A stretch of DNA of 64,000 bases from Lama glama. Lineage: Eukaryota. Below are positions 35,501-45,513 of the stretch, one piece after another (the stretch's first letter is position 1; each line of letters starts with the position of its first letter). The DNA lies in the NCBI GenBank assembly GCA_028534125.1, contig CM052817.1:248001-312000 (forward strand), in the 5' to 3' direction. The notes below the pieces were generated by a model, which was not told where the DNA came from, searched no databases, and saw only the letters and a list, made by a program, of their open reading frames with translations. The position numbers and the translations under genes were made by a program.

Positions 35501-38500
35501 AAGTCTTTGCCAAGATAAGAGGAGAAAACAGTTCCCTGCCTATTTTCTGAGGCAGAGAAGACAATAAAGATACAATTACAGACCAAAATCACTCATCAGT
35601 GTGGAAATAAACGATCCTTGGGAGAAGACCAGCAAAGTGATTCTGGTGATATGCAGTGAGGACAGAACGCTGTGACCACGTGGGCTCCACCCCAGGAGTG
35701 TTGGCAACACTGGCTCAACACTGAACAGCAATCAGTGTACACACACCATTAACCACCAGGGACGGAGGAGCCCGAGTAGACACAGAGGAAACATCTGTCC
35801 GCGTGTAAAATCCACTCGTGATTTTTTAAGTAGTGAAGTAAAAACAAACGTTCGACAAACTCGGAATCAAAGGAAACTTCTTCAATCTGAGAAACAGCAA
35901 CCACGGAAAACCCACAGCTAACAGAAGACTTCCAGGTGTTTTCTTTCTAGGACCAAGAACGACACAGGGATGCCTGCTCTCAGCTCTAGTACGCTCGACT
36001 GGCGAGCCCCGTCAGCGCAAGAAGGCTAGAAAAACCAACAAGGAGCAGGAAGATCAGAAAGGAAGGACTAAAACAGTGCTTACTTACAGGTGATAGGTTG
36101 TAAAGCACACAACCTCCAGGACTCTACCGAAAGTCTCCAGGACTAAAAAGGGACCTTAGCAAGGTGACACAGTCCTGGGGACCCTTCTCTGGCCTCTCTC
36201 CCAGCTGCAGCCACACGGACACGGCTGCACTTCCTCAGACTCACCAAGCCCACGACCACCCCCACAGCCCCGCGGGGGCACCCCAGCCTGACTCACCCCT
36301 CCCCAGCGCGCCCCAGCACTTCCTGATACCTGGTGCTGCACTACACTCACTGGGATACCTGTCTGCCGTCTCTCCCACCAGGCTGTAGACACAGAAGGCA
36401 GAAACGCCACCCAGGTCGTTCACATTTGTGTTGCCAGCAGCTAGAACAGTGCCTGACACACAGCGGGCGGGCGATCAGAAATGTGTACTGAGCAAAAGTC
36501 CCAAGTGAAAGCACTTTTAAGATATTAAAACACAGCATCATTTAGATTACATTTAACGCCCCAAAAGCATATCAGGCGCTGTCTGTGTGTACAAGAACAC
36601 GCAGACGAGGTATAAAACACCAACAGGAAGCATGTGCACTAACTCACGGTGTGGCTGCCTCTGGAGAGGGGGGGGGGGCAACCAGGAGGCAGAGGGACCT
36701 GCAACAGCACCTGTGACGCCTGAGTTTTTACAAAGGTTCCGGAGCCAAACGTGACTTTTCTTTCTGAAAAAGCTAACATTTATTAACTCTAGATAGCAGA
36801 GACAAAATTGTGTGTTCTGTTACTCTTTATACTTTTCAGCATTTCTGAAATTTTTCCTAACTTAAAAAAAAATGCCCCATTTCAAATTCTGTTACACAGC
36901 TACAGCAATTAAGCCCATGTGGCACTGGGGGAGGGACAGAGTCATAGATCAATGGAACAACGGAGAAAAATCCAGAAAAAGAGCCAGACAAATATGCCCA
37001 AGTGATTTCCGACAGAGGCTCCAAAGCAACTCCGTGGAGGAAGGACTGTGTTTCCACCAACGGTGCTGGAGCAACCGGACATCCACAGGCCAAACAAAAA
37101 GAGCTTCCATCTAAACTTGACACCTTGCACAGTAACTAACACAGAGTACGCAAATGGGAGGCTATGAGCCTTTTAGAAAAAACCAGGAGGGAAGCCCTGG
37201 AGACCCAGATCCCTGCAGAGGCCTCAGACCCAAAAGCAAGAGCAGGGCTCACACAGGAGACACTGGCAGACCCTGTTCAGAGGACAGAGCGCCCAGCTGC
37301 AGCTGCCAGAGAAGCCTGCAAGCGCTTCTGATGGAGGACTCGCATCACAACACATGACAAGCTCTCAAACTCAGAACAAAAACACAATTCGAAAACAGGC
37401 AAAAGACACAGAGACACTTCCCCTGCAAGGATGGCGGGTGGAAGCAAGCACACCGCCATCCTGGAGGCAGACGCCCCGACAGCCTCCGTGAGCGCTCACT
37501 GCACAGCTGTCAGGGCGAAGGCAACATGCAACAGAGCGCCGGTCAGGACGCAGACAGACCGGATCACCCCGTGTCGACACAGATGTGCCCCCTGCACATC
37601 ACATGTTGAAGCCCCAGCCCCCAGTGTGCCGCATCTGGAGGCAGGGCATTCAGGGAGGTGATTAAGTTAACTGAGATCCTAGGACGGGGACCTGATCCAA
37701 CAGGCCTGGAGGAAGAGGGGAGACCCCAGGACAGCCCCTCCACTGGTCTACAAAGAAGGTGCCGAGCGCCCACTGAGGGGAGGGGCCTCACCAGAGACCA
37801 CCCTGCCGGCACCTGACCTCAGACTCCAAGCCTCCAGGACCGGAAAATCCACCTGCTGTTTACACTACAGAGTCTGTGGCCCATTCAGCAGCCTGAGCAG
37901 ATGAAGAGACCCACCCGCTGCCAGTGGGAAACGGGAAACAGGGTGGCTCCTCCAGAAAAAAAACAGGCTGGCCACTTTCTCCACAACCAAACGTGCAGCC
38001 GCCACATGGCACCGCGCCTGTGCTCCTGGGCATTTGCTCCAGAGAAACGGAGACATGGGTCCACACGGAAACCCACACGCCAACGTTTAGAGCAGCTTTA
38101 TTTCTATTGCCCAAAAAAATCAGGAAACAGCCCAGATGTCCTCCAGGGAGCGAACAGTTGAGTAAAATACTGTACATCTACACCCTGCATGCTCTGCAGC
38201 AACAGAAGGGGACAAACGATGCCACACAACCTGACAGGTCCCCAGGGAGTCATGCTAGGCAAAAAAGCCAATTCCGAAAGCCCACACGACATGATTCCAT
38301 TTCCACAGCATTCTTCAATGACAAAGTTTCAGAGAAGGGGAACAGAGAGGTGCTTCCCAGGGGTCCAGGAGGTGGGTGTGGCCACGAAAGGCACGAGGGG
38401 CCCTCATGGGGATGCGAACACCTGCTCCCAGCTGTGACAGCAATGCCAGCTTCTCAGGACGCTGCCATAGGGAAGCAGGTGGTGCGCCTGGACCTCTCTG

Positions 38501-41500
38501 CATCACTGCTTATAACTGCACGTCAATCTACAACTACCTCAAAACGAAGAGCTCAAATGAAAACAGTAACACCAGCACGTAACACCCAGGAAGGAAGGCC
38601 ACGCCGGGCACTGCCGAGACCCTGTCCTAGGCAGCCGTTCCCGCGCGCCTTGCGGAATCGGGGCAGTCTCATCTCCTCCTCCTCACACACGTGTCACATG
38701 TTATATGAGGACAGGACTCAACGTCTGGAGTAACAGAGAACTCCCACAGCTGCTGCCCAATAAAAAGTGGAGAAACGACCTGGACAAACATTTCACACAC
38801 ACAAAAGACACACGACTGGAGAGTCAGCAGGTGAAAAGGTGTTCGTGTTCCATGCTGTACCACCAAGGAGGCACAAATTCAGCCACTGTGCATGCTCAAG
38901 AACACACCCAGCCGCTGTCACAAGGACAGTGGGCGACCGAGGCGCCGCGCTGGGGCAGAGGTACCTGGCGCGGCCCAAATCCGAGGGGTTTGGCTGTTTC
39001 ATGTAAAGTGAAACCTACACCTGGCCTAAAGGCCAGCGGTCCACTCCTGGGTATTTCACCTAAGAGTGAAACACACACATGTCCACACACACAAGAAACC
39101 CTGTGAAAACGTCCTTGGCAGCTTCACTGCTGACAGTCCAAAACAGAAACACGCAGGCCCACGGCCGGGGTGCACACGCAGGCCGCAGGCATCAGGGCAG
39201 CGAGCCCGGAACCCCTAAGGCCGGTGGTGAACACGCAGGGCTCCGTGCGCCACACTCGTGACCTTCTAAAAGAGGAAACCAGGCAGGCGGCAGGGCGGGG
39301 CGTCTGGGGCACAAGTTTCCCTGGGGCGCCCCGTCTGTCCTTTCTGCACGGTGTTTGCGTCACCACGCTTGCCTCTGTCAAAGCACTTCAACTCCACACC
39401 GCCCCATGTAAATGACTCAATTTAAATCACTTTTAATTAAAAGACAGAGGCACAGCATGTGAACATGCAACTACAGAGCGGGCCTGAATGACCAACAGGC
39501 ACTGAAATACTCTCCAACTCATGAGCCAAAGAAGCACCGATCAACAGCACCAGACGCCACTCGTGCGCGCCCAAGTGAGGCGGATGCGGGGAGACTGGCT
39601 GCCTGTCCTCCCATGGCACAGGGTCCCGGACCATAGGGTGAGGGGCACCGCTGGCTGGGGCAGCAGCACAGGAGGCAGCTGGGGGATCTCCACGAGCTTC
39701 CTCCATCAGCGCTGTTTCTAAGAACCGGACTCTCCCGGGAGCAGAGTTCCGTTATCCCCCCTGTGCGCCCAAGATCACAGCCTGCTACCTACCTGACAGG
39801 GAGACACGGCCCCACGCAGACGGCGGGGCCATGAGAGGAGGGAGGAGAGCCCCTCCCCAGGGTGGCCACCTGCCATGGAGATCTCCCCCTACTGTGTCCC
39901 GCTCCGGCACTTACACGCCCATGGACGCCCCACTCCGGCCCCCCAGCCATGCCCACTGGGAGCCGCTCCAGCAGCTGCTTTTACCTTCACGTCCTCTGGA
40001 CACATCTTTCTCCAGGACACACCTAAGATGGACCCAGCCGTTCCCCCAGGCCAGAGCATCCCCTGGGCTCCCACCCCAACTCCACCATCACCCCCCAATC
40101 CCCTGCAACTCTGGGAAGCTACAGACACCCAGACCTCAGCACTGTCAGGAGCATCATGGCCCTGACACCAGGGACTGCGCTCTGCGAGTAGTCAGGACCC
40201 CACAAGTGCTGCTGTGGTGAACGTTTCTATCCCGGGCTGGGCGCTGTCACCGTAGTTAATGGCTGACCTCAAAGCTGCCCATTTGCCGGGGCGGGGAGGG
40301 GCACAGCGAGCATTCGTGACCAGATGGGGGCTGTCGCATCCCGATGGTATCAACCAGCTGCCCAAGCCCCATGCCCCTGCTGCAAAGACCCTGCCTATCT
40401 GTGCTCTGTGGTATCCGAAGAAGAAACGTCCACTCAGAGCCCTCCCTGGGAGAGACTGCCCTCGCCCTCAGGCCTCTGGGTCCTGGAGGAGGAGACACTA
40501 AGGGCCCAGCTGCGCTTCCTCAGTGGGAGATGTGCCACGGCAGCCCAGCCATCTTCAAAACCCACCCGAGCAAGCGCTGAGCACCCCTACAGGAGGGTCT
40601 GGGTCCTCTGCCTCCACGACACCAACCTCAGTGGTTTCTGAAACCTGTGGCCAAGAGTCCTGACTACCACAGGGTCCCGCGACTGCCGCTCCAGCCACAC
40701 CGTGCACTCCCTGCGCCCTCACCCGATCACAACGGAGGAGCCCGCTGAGAGCTGTGGCCAGAAGGCAGCAGGCGGACGTCCAGGGCTTGGGAGGTGACAT
40801 GGGGGTGTCCTCATGGCTTCTCAGGTGAGCCCTGACCCCAGAGAGAACACACACCCTTGAACAGGAACCACACCACGCGTGGCACACAAGCGTTCCAGTA
40901 AACGGGTGCTGATGCCTCAGGTTCACATACCACCTGCCACACAGACTACACAACGGCTGCAGGCCTTGCTCTAGCTACACCGCAGTGGCCACACACCACG
41001 TCGTCCGCCTCACCCGCCGCGAGTCCAGAGGACAAAGCAGCCGCACAGAGGTGGCGGCCTGAGTGGCGAGACCCTAGCCTGGGCATAGCGACCCACCCCT
41101 GTTATCCTTTCTAGCAGAGGAAGCAGGAGCACAGCTTCCAAGACAAGAGGACACAGAATGTACTTGAAGTCCACCAGGACTGGGCATCTCAGAGCTGTGG
41201 GTACTCCCGATAACCTGCTTTAAAAAAGTGAAAATTTTGAACAAATTCTGGAAAGATTAGAAACCTATCTGGCTCCACAGTTCTGCCCTACAACTCACTT
41301 CAGGTGACAAGTGCAAATTCCAAAAAGCTACAAAGACCAATGTTTTTTCCCTAAGACATGTGATAGCGAAACCTGATCTATTACAAACTCACGTGGGGCA
41401 ACACCTGACATGAAGTGCGGTGAAGCTGTCAGAAGACTTAACTATCCCACAGAGAGGATACTCACTCATTCAGTGACAAACACATTCATGCATTTGACCG

Positions 41501-43447
41501 TACAACACTTCCCCAAGTCCCGGGGCAGTATCCCAGGACACACAGGAACGCACTGTTTTTCTAAGTTCTGAAGAACTCTGACACACAGGTAGGTACCCAA
41601 GGGTTTTGGGTTTGGGCCCTTGCTCATGCTTATACAAGCACCTTGAATTCCCAGTCTACGAGCTTTGGAGGCTGTGAACCACCGGTGAAGTTTAAGAGGA
41701 GGAAGTCCACAGCTCACAGCCGCACTGTGACTGTGGCTCCTGACCTGCCTAGACAGCCAGGGGAGCGCACTCTGTGGCACAACCACAGCAGCTGCCCCGT
41801 TTCCTTGTTCTTCATTCTAGGTGTTAAGCCACGGGCATGAGCTTCCTTCTTTCCATGACCCGCTTCCCCTCCCACTCTCCTACCCCTGGCCTGCCCCTGC
41901 ACCTGGCAGGGGTTCATTCTCACCCCTTGCACCTCAGCTGGGCCCCTGCAGTGAGCTGTCTTTTTAGAGCATGTGTCTTACTTTAGGTTCCACAAGGCAG
42001 AAACCATGTACTCTCCACTATAAACTTTCGGAAGAAACAAAATACTTGCCTGCTGTCTTCAGAATAAATGAACTGATCTGGGGAAACTCTCGCTCTAGCA
42101 GATATGCCAAAATATCACACTTCATAATGTTACTAGAGATACGGCCCCACCACACCCCCATTCCCAAAAGAGCCTAAAATTTCTTCACCAAATCAACCCA
42201 AATCTCTTTGCTTCTGACCCTGGAGAAAAAGTGTGTGATGATGCTAAGGCCAGAGTAGTGCCTCAGGCCTTCAGGAGACGGGCATCAAAATGGTCAGCTG
42301 GTTGAGCTCAAATGGCAGCAGGGGTGCCCGCCGTTGACAGGGTGAGCCTACAGGTCTGAGAGCCACCAGAGACAGGCTTGGTGGTTCACTCTACCGCTCC
42401 CCCGCCCCATCCTAACACAGGGGATATAGTTCTGTTTCAGCACCAGCCCCAAAGCCGTCTGTATTTAGCTGGCGAGCGCTACAGCTAGCGGAATCCAACA
42501 TACCCTTGTACGCGCCACTGGACAACAAAGAAAAACCCAGAGGAGAAAACAGGACCGCGGCAACACTGGTGATAAATTCTAGTGCGAGGAAGGGAAGGGA
42601 GAGGGCGTTCAGGAAGCTAGAAACAGCAGCAGAAACACAGCCGACTAAAGCTCTACCCGGAAATTCCTCCCCGACGGACCAGCCCAACCTGCAATGTTCG
42701 GTACAGATAACAGCTGTTAGCTCAGCTCTCCGTAAGTTCCATGGACTCACAGACAGACGTTCGAGGCAAGGGGAACGCTCGGATGGTAAGACGGGAAAGC
42801 CTGGTTAAAGGACACTGCGCCGTCTGTCCAACGCTCCAGGAGAGCGGAACTGCAATCACCCACGCCCAAGTTCCCGGCACCTGAGGAGAGCCAGCCCTAC
42901 CTCTGTCCAGAGGTCCAGTCGCGTCCCACTCCCCTACTACTGCCCTAGATGCGAGGGAAGGGCCGTGGCTTATACCCACCCAGCCCCACTGCCCGCCCCC
43001 AGACTCCAGCCTGCAGCCCTGCAGCACCCTTCCGCCCCGCCACCGCCTGCACTGTGGCCCCGCACTCACGCTCCCCGCCTGCCCAACGTCCTTCCCACCG
43101 CCACAGCCCCTCCCCCAGGCGCGGTCGGCCCCACGCCTGCTGCTTCCACTCCCCTGCCCCAGCCTGACCCCAGGCCTCCGACAAGGAAGTGCCCAGCCCG
43201 ACACCGGCCTCACCCTCAGCAGCCACCTCCCGGCCGGCCGTGACCCTCGGCCCCGCGGCGACCCTCCCCGCGACCGGCTCGCGCCCCCGGCCCCGGCCTC
43301 ACCCTCGGCCAGGACGCGCCGCACCCGCAGCCGCAGCTCGCCCATCTCCACCGTCTGCCCCACGAAGTCAGTCTGGTCGCGGCCGGCAGCGCCACCCAGG
43401 GAGCCCGGGCCCGCCAGGAAGTCGAGCGCAGACTGCAGCAGCGACAT
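542..43447 (-). CDS. GAK: Cyclin G-associated kinase (auxilin-2), spliced CDS exons 1-23, 3082 coding nt in window; the 3' exons with the J domain lie left of the window
   Basis: Hand-spliced exons give a continuous frame: MSLLQSALDF N-terminus, NAK kinase domain (LAEGGFAFVYEA, ALK, HRDLK, DFG), PTEN-like domain (VVHCMDGRAAS), C2 domain and clathrin/adaptor-binding low-complexity region. All introns are GT-AG. Confidence 0.98.
1034..1054. repeat. (CA)10 microsatellite, GAK intron 22
   Basis: read directly. Confidence 0.95.
1259..1432 (-). CDS. GAK: GAK exon 22 (174 nt) DPFDPLL...DLFGEFLNSDS...DFLHL
   Basis: ccacag acceptor, G|GTAAGT donor. Confidence 0.94.
1666..2082 (-). CDS. GAK: GAK exon 21 (417 nt) EDKDCVMSPE...DLLGLHSE...DLLSCLLG...GPGPA
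   Basis: cttttcag acceptor, G|GTAGGT donor; frame-preserving; DLL clathrin-type motifs. Confidence 0.9.
2187..2330 (-). CDS. GAK: GAK exon 20 (144 nt) KPELPRQPGS...FLHTLDWR
   Basis: ctgcag acceptor, G|GTAGGC donor. Confidence 0.94.
2502..2550. repeat. (CA)24 perfect microsatellite, GAK intron 19; reads (UG)24 in GAK pre-mRNA
   Basis: read directly. Confidence 0.97.
2991..3184 (-). CDS. GAK: GAK exon 19 (194 nt) YDLDACDIQEKYP...QDILSKF
   Basis: ctgcag acceptor, G|GTAAGA donor. Confidence 0.97.
5120..5780 (-). mobile_element. Degenerate L1 fragment (GAK intron 18)
   Basis: gttcacggagctttgggctctgtg...atgtctttcatcagtt resembles antisense L1M sequence. Confidence 0.45.
6266..6345 (-). CDS. GAK: GAK exon 18 (80 nt) MASMKMFQIQFHTGFVPRNATTVKFA
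   Basis: ccgcag acceptor, AA|GTATGT donor. Confidence 0.97.
6581..6698 (-). CDS. GAK: GAK exon 17 (118 nt) DFKIEDGKAVIPLG...GRLQAK
   Basis: ttttctccag acceptor, AAG|GTGAGT donor. Confidence 0.97.
6966..7160 (-). CDS. GAK: GAK exon 16 (195 nt) YIEYMCDMV...SQEYDRM
   Basis: gcag acceptor, AG|GTGGGC donor; start of C2 domain. Confidence 0.97.
8106..8128. repeat. (GACCCC)~4 short tandem repeat
   Basis: read directly. Confidence 0.8.
8290..8640 (-). mobile_element. Degenerate L1 fragment (GAK intron 15)
   Basis: gggggaaattctcagcgactgtttc resembles antisense L1M sequence. Confidence 0.4.
9878..10011 (-). CDS. GAK: GAK exon 15 (134 nt) DGRAASAVAVCSF...GIWPSHK
   Basis: cctag acceptor, AG|GTATGG donor. 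Confidence 0.97.
10777..10899 (-). CDS. GAK: GAK exon 14 (123 nt) VSECGWAARR...VCVVHCM
   Basis: ctgcag acceptor, ATG|GTGAGC donor. Confidence 0.97.
11408..11556 (-). CDS. GAK: GAK exon 13 (149 nt) VMSFPAEGVESAIKNN...PSKFHSR
   Basis: ctttcag acceptor, CGG|GTGAGC donor. Confidence 0.96.
12103..12152 (-). CDS. GAK: GAK exon 12 (50 nt) YAKGDLDISYITSRIA
   Basis: tttcattccag acceptor, G|GTACGT donor; start of PTEN-like domain. Confidence 0.96.
12958..13457. other. Assembly gap, exactly 500 N, in GAK intron 11
   Basis: counted from the sequence; left flank ends in a GA run. Confidence 0.99.
14586..14700 (-). mobile_element. tRNA-derived SINE, camelid Vic-1-like
   Basis: Reverse complement reads gggagggtgacagctctggggtagag...gcacgaggtcctgggtccagtcccagtgcctcc plus A-rich tail; ACCACCTT-like target-site duplication on both sides. 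Confidence 0.7.
18320..18443 (-). CDS. GAK: GAK exon 11 (124 nt) LAVAEYDQPYGGLLDILRGGTERLFTNIKDTSSKVIQSVA
   Basis: ttgcag acceptor, AA|GTGAGT donor. Confidence 0.96.
20070..20142 (-). CDS. GAK: GAK exon 10 (73 nt) LLEQSGGYGNVAPPGGPTSSSYSG
   Basis: ttgcag acceptor, G|GTGAGC donor; phase fits exons 9 and 11. Confidence 0.92.
21587..21699 (-). CDS. GAK: GAK exon 9 (113 nt) ATLKVNPEERL...KAPITE
   Basis: cacag acceptor, GAG|GTAGGC donor. Confidence 0.96.
21946..22081 (-). CDS. GAK: GAK exon 8 (136 nt) ALGCILYLLCF...VFHDLI
   Basis: ctgcag acceptor, C|GTAAGT donor. Confidence 0.97.
23328..23417 (-). CDS. GAK: GAK exon 7 (90 nt) ITRNTTPMYRTPEIVDLYSNFPIGEKQDVW
   Basis: cag acceptor, TGG|GTGAGG donor. 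Confidence 0.97.
25630..25790 (+). mobile_element. L1M 3' end with A tail, about 100 nt into GAK intron 6
   Basis: gttctggagacggatggtgg...ttaaaaatggttaa...aattttatgttatgtg is a typical L1MB/MC 3' terminus. Confidence 0.65.
25897..26022 (-). CDS. GAK: GAK exon 6 (126 nt) VENLLLSNQGTIKLCDFG...VEEE
   Basis: ttttgcag acceptor, GAG|GTGAGC donor; DFG motif. Confidence 0.97.
26600..27100 (+). mobile_element. Degenerate L1 ORF2 fragment
   Basis: gagctgacaaactgatccaaaattta motif. Confidence 0.45.
28186..28220. repeat. (AC)11 plus degenerate tail, GAK intron 5
   Basis: read directly. Confidence 0.9.
28580..28621. repeat. Three perfect tandem copies of AACCCGGGGAGGGC (14 bp)
   Basis: read directly. 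Confidence 0.95.
28830..29180 (+). mobile_element. Degenerate L1 fragment
   Basis: gggagaagatatttgcaacac...cttcattaatcaggaaaaggcaaatc. Confidence 0.55.
29495..29637 (-). CDS. GAK: GAK exon 5 (143 nt) GQLVEFLKK...IIHRDLK
   Basis: tag acceptor, AAG|GTACGG donor; HRD motif; seen in ORF track 29429..29650. Confidence 0.97.
31798..31912 (-). CDS. GAK: GAK exon 4 (115 nt) KKLSGHPNIV...EFLLLMELCK
   Basis: cacag acceptor, G|GTCAGG donor; contains gatekeeper and hinge. Confidence 0.97.
32763..32822 (-). CDS. GAK: GAK exon 3 (60 nt) RLLSDEEEKNRAIIQEVCFM
   Basis: cag acceptor, ATG|GTATCC donor; alphaC helix. Confidence 0.96.
33503..33564 (-). CDS. GAK: GAK exon 2 (62 nt) GFAFVYEAQDLGSGREYALK
   Basis: tttcag acceptor, AAG|GTAAAA donor; G-loop and catalytic Lys. 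Confidence 0.97.
33700..39150 (+). mobile_element. Cluster of fragmented old L1 (ORF2 and 3' UTR) pieces in GAK intron 1, with interspersed L2 and LTR remnants
   Basis: aaaatcaacaaaaccaaaagc, aatcaggcaagaaaagaaa, ggaaacttcttcaatctga, tcaatggaacaacggag and gctggaaacaaccc are L1-like motifs. Boundaries approximate. Confidence 0.7.
37572..37908 (+). mobile_element. MLT1-type MaLR solo LTR nested in L1
   Basis: atgttgaagccc...ggaggtgattaagttaactgag...ccctgccggcacctgacctcagactccaagcctccaggac...gcagcctgagcagatgaaga matches the recalled MLT1 layout. Confidence 0.75.
43303..43447 (-). CDS. GAK: GAK exon 1 CDS (145 nt) MSLLQSALDF...RVLAEG
   Basis: ATG in GCCGCCATG context; donor G|GTGAG. Confidence 0.97.
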
Positions 43448-43679
43448 GGCGGCGGCCGGCAGCGGGCGCCGGGCGGAGGGCTCGGGGTCCAGCGGCGTCC
43501 GGGTCCGCTGGGCAACCGCCGGCCGCGAGCCGCCCCAGCTTCCGCCCGACGGCGCGACGCAGGCGCGGGGCCGCGGCGCCGCCCGGAAGAGCGTAGCGCC
43601 TCACTTCCGCTTCGCGGCGGCTGCGCGTGCGCAGAGCGCTGCTCGCGGTTCGCGCGTGCGCGGCGCGCCGGCCTCGAGA

Positions 43680-43731
43680 CGGACTTCCGCCGTCGAGCTC
43701 GCGGGAGGTGTTTGCGGCGGCTCCCGCCCAG
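43680..43731 (+). other. TMEM175: TMEM175 non-coding exon 1 (5' end approximate)
   Basis: CAG|GTAGCC donor at 43731/43732 inside the CpG island; the ATG is in the next exon, so a 5' UTR exon is needed. Confidence 0.55.
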
Positions 43732-44539
43732 GTAGCCCGGCTCCCAACCGTCCCCACGTGGCTGTTTCTGCGGAGACTGCTGCTCAGGGGCTCGCCGTAC
43801 GGAGGGCGGCGTGTGCCGGGCCGCGCGGCGGAGGAGCGGGTCGGGGGACGTCCCCGAGCGATCGAACTCCCGCGACGCCGGGCAGCGGGGAGCTCCTCGC
43901 CCGTCGGTTTGGTGGGGTCCGCGGTGTATGTTTTTTTTTTTTTAATGAGTTGGTTGTTAATAAAAGACTTACGCTTTAAATACCCAGTCCTGCAGCTTCC
44001 GTAGGAAAATCAGATCTGGCAACATTGGATCCAGAATCCCGAGTGTCACCAATCACCTAGAGCTGCCCCTCAGGTAAGACACGACCACTCGCCTGACCCA
44101 CTTGGCTCACTTAAGTTACCTGGCTGCTTCCTGCAGGTACCTGTATGGAGTGTTCGTTCCCAAACTGGAAGAGGCAGCCGAAAGCCCCAGTCGGCGGCCT
44201 AAGCCTCCTAGAATTTCAAGCTATTAAAAATCTCTTTCCAGACAGGTTAACACGTGTTATTCTTATAATAAAGTACCTTAGTCCATACAGTGCTTTCTAA
44301 GTGTCCAGTTTAGTGAGCCTAGCATACCTTGGAGAAGAAGTCACAGTACAGTTAATTCCCGCCCACCCTCCGCTTTGGGCGTGACACATGCTCAGCAGTG
44401 TCATTCCTCAGCCAAGTGGCCAGGGTCCACCCAAGTCAGGCGGCCTTTCCACCAGCTTGCCTGTCTGGTCAATGGAATACAGAGACTGGGGCTCGGGAAG
44501 GAGAGAGACAGATGTTTGTTGGTCCCTAGCATATGGGTG

Positions 44540-45500
44540 GCAGTTGACTTGAAGGGAGCACCAGTGGCGACAACGAGGTTGGACTAAAAGAGGTTACAGT
44601 CTTCAGAGCGAAGAGTGGCCAGGGAAGCAGGAATAAGACCAAGGGAACGTTATGTCATGGGGCCAAAGAGAGAAGATGTTTCTAGGAGAGAAAAGATACT
44701 TAAGCGTGTCAAATGCCATTTGAAAGTCAAATAGGAAAAGGAGTAAAAGGTGTATGTTGGATTTAGCAACAGTGAGACTTTTGATGACCTTGCTAAGAGT
44801 AATACTGTTTCATTGGCATGGTGGGCTGACCAGAAGTCGAAGGATACAGAAATGGAGATGTAGGTAACTGGGTGTTTGGCTGTGGAGGAGGAAGTGTGGG
44901 AGCTTGAGTGATGATGGTGCAGAGATGATTTAAGATGGGAGGTTCTGGAGCAGCCTAAAGCTGGTGGAAGGGAGCCAGTGAGAGAGGTTTGCTAGGGCAG
45001 AAGAGGCAGGTGTGAAGCGAGGTCCTCTGCAAGGTAGGAGGGAGTGACATGCAGCGAAGTTCTCTTTGAACACAGGAAAACCACTTTTAAGTGTCACAGA
45101 AAGGAAGATGGGTTGCCGTTGCAAGTAACTTGTGTTTACTGGGATGAAAGCAAAGGGATTCTCTGATAACTTCTATTTTCACTGTGAATAAGGAAAAGAA
45201 AACATCTACTGAGAATTAGAAGGAAAGTAGGAGCTGAGAGTTGAGCAGTGTGGAAAGAAATCCAAAATAGCTGTTGCAGAAAACCTAGTGAATAACTCAG
45301 TGGAAAGTATGATATAGTCTGAGGGTTCATTTGAGTTTGAGGCTGTGAATTCATTCTGGCAGGACCTAGGGTCAGGTGGAGATTTCTAAACAGTACGATT
45401 ACTTTGAAGTGAGAGTCTGTTCAGACTTGGTGTTTCATGCCTGTGGAGCACCTGTCTATACTGGCCCTGTCCTAGGTGCTCTGGTAACACTGTCCTAAGC
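44540..45500 (-). mobile_element. L2 remnants in TMEM175 intron 1
   Basis: tgtcaaatgcc...ttggatttagcaac...gatgaccttg resembles antisense L2. Confidence 0.55.
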
Positions 45501-45513
45501 CAGATCTTTTTCT

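Larger units (their letters stand above)
43230..43925. promoter_or_regulatory. CpG island and head-to-head bidirectional promoter of GAK (-) and TMEM175 (+)
   Basis: Very high GC and CpG density, no TATA seen. ETS/GABP cores at 43583-43589, 43602-43610 and 43683-43690; NRF1-type GCGCACGCGC (minus) at 43622-43633 and 43652-43661; YY1-type ACATGGCGGC over the GAK start codon. Boundaries approximate. Confidence 0.9.
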
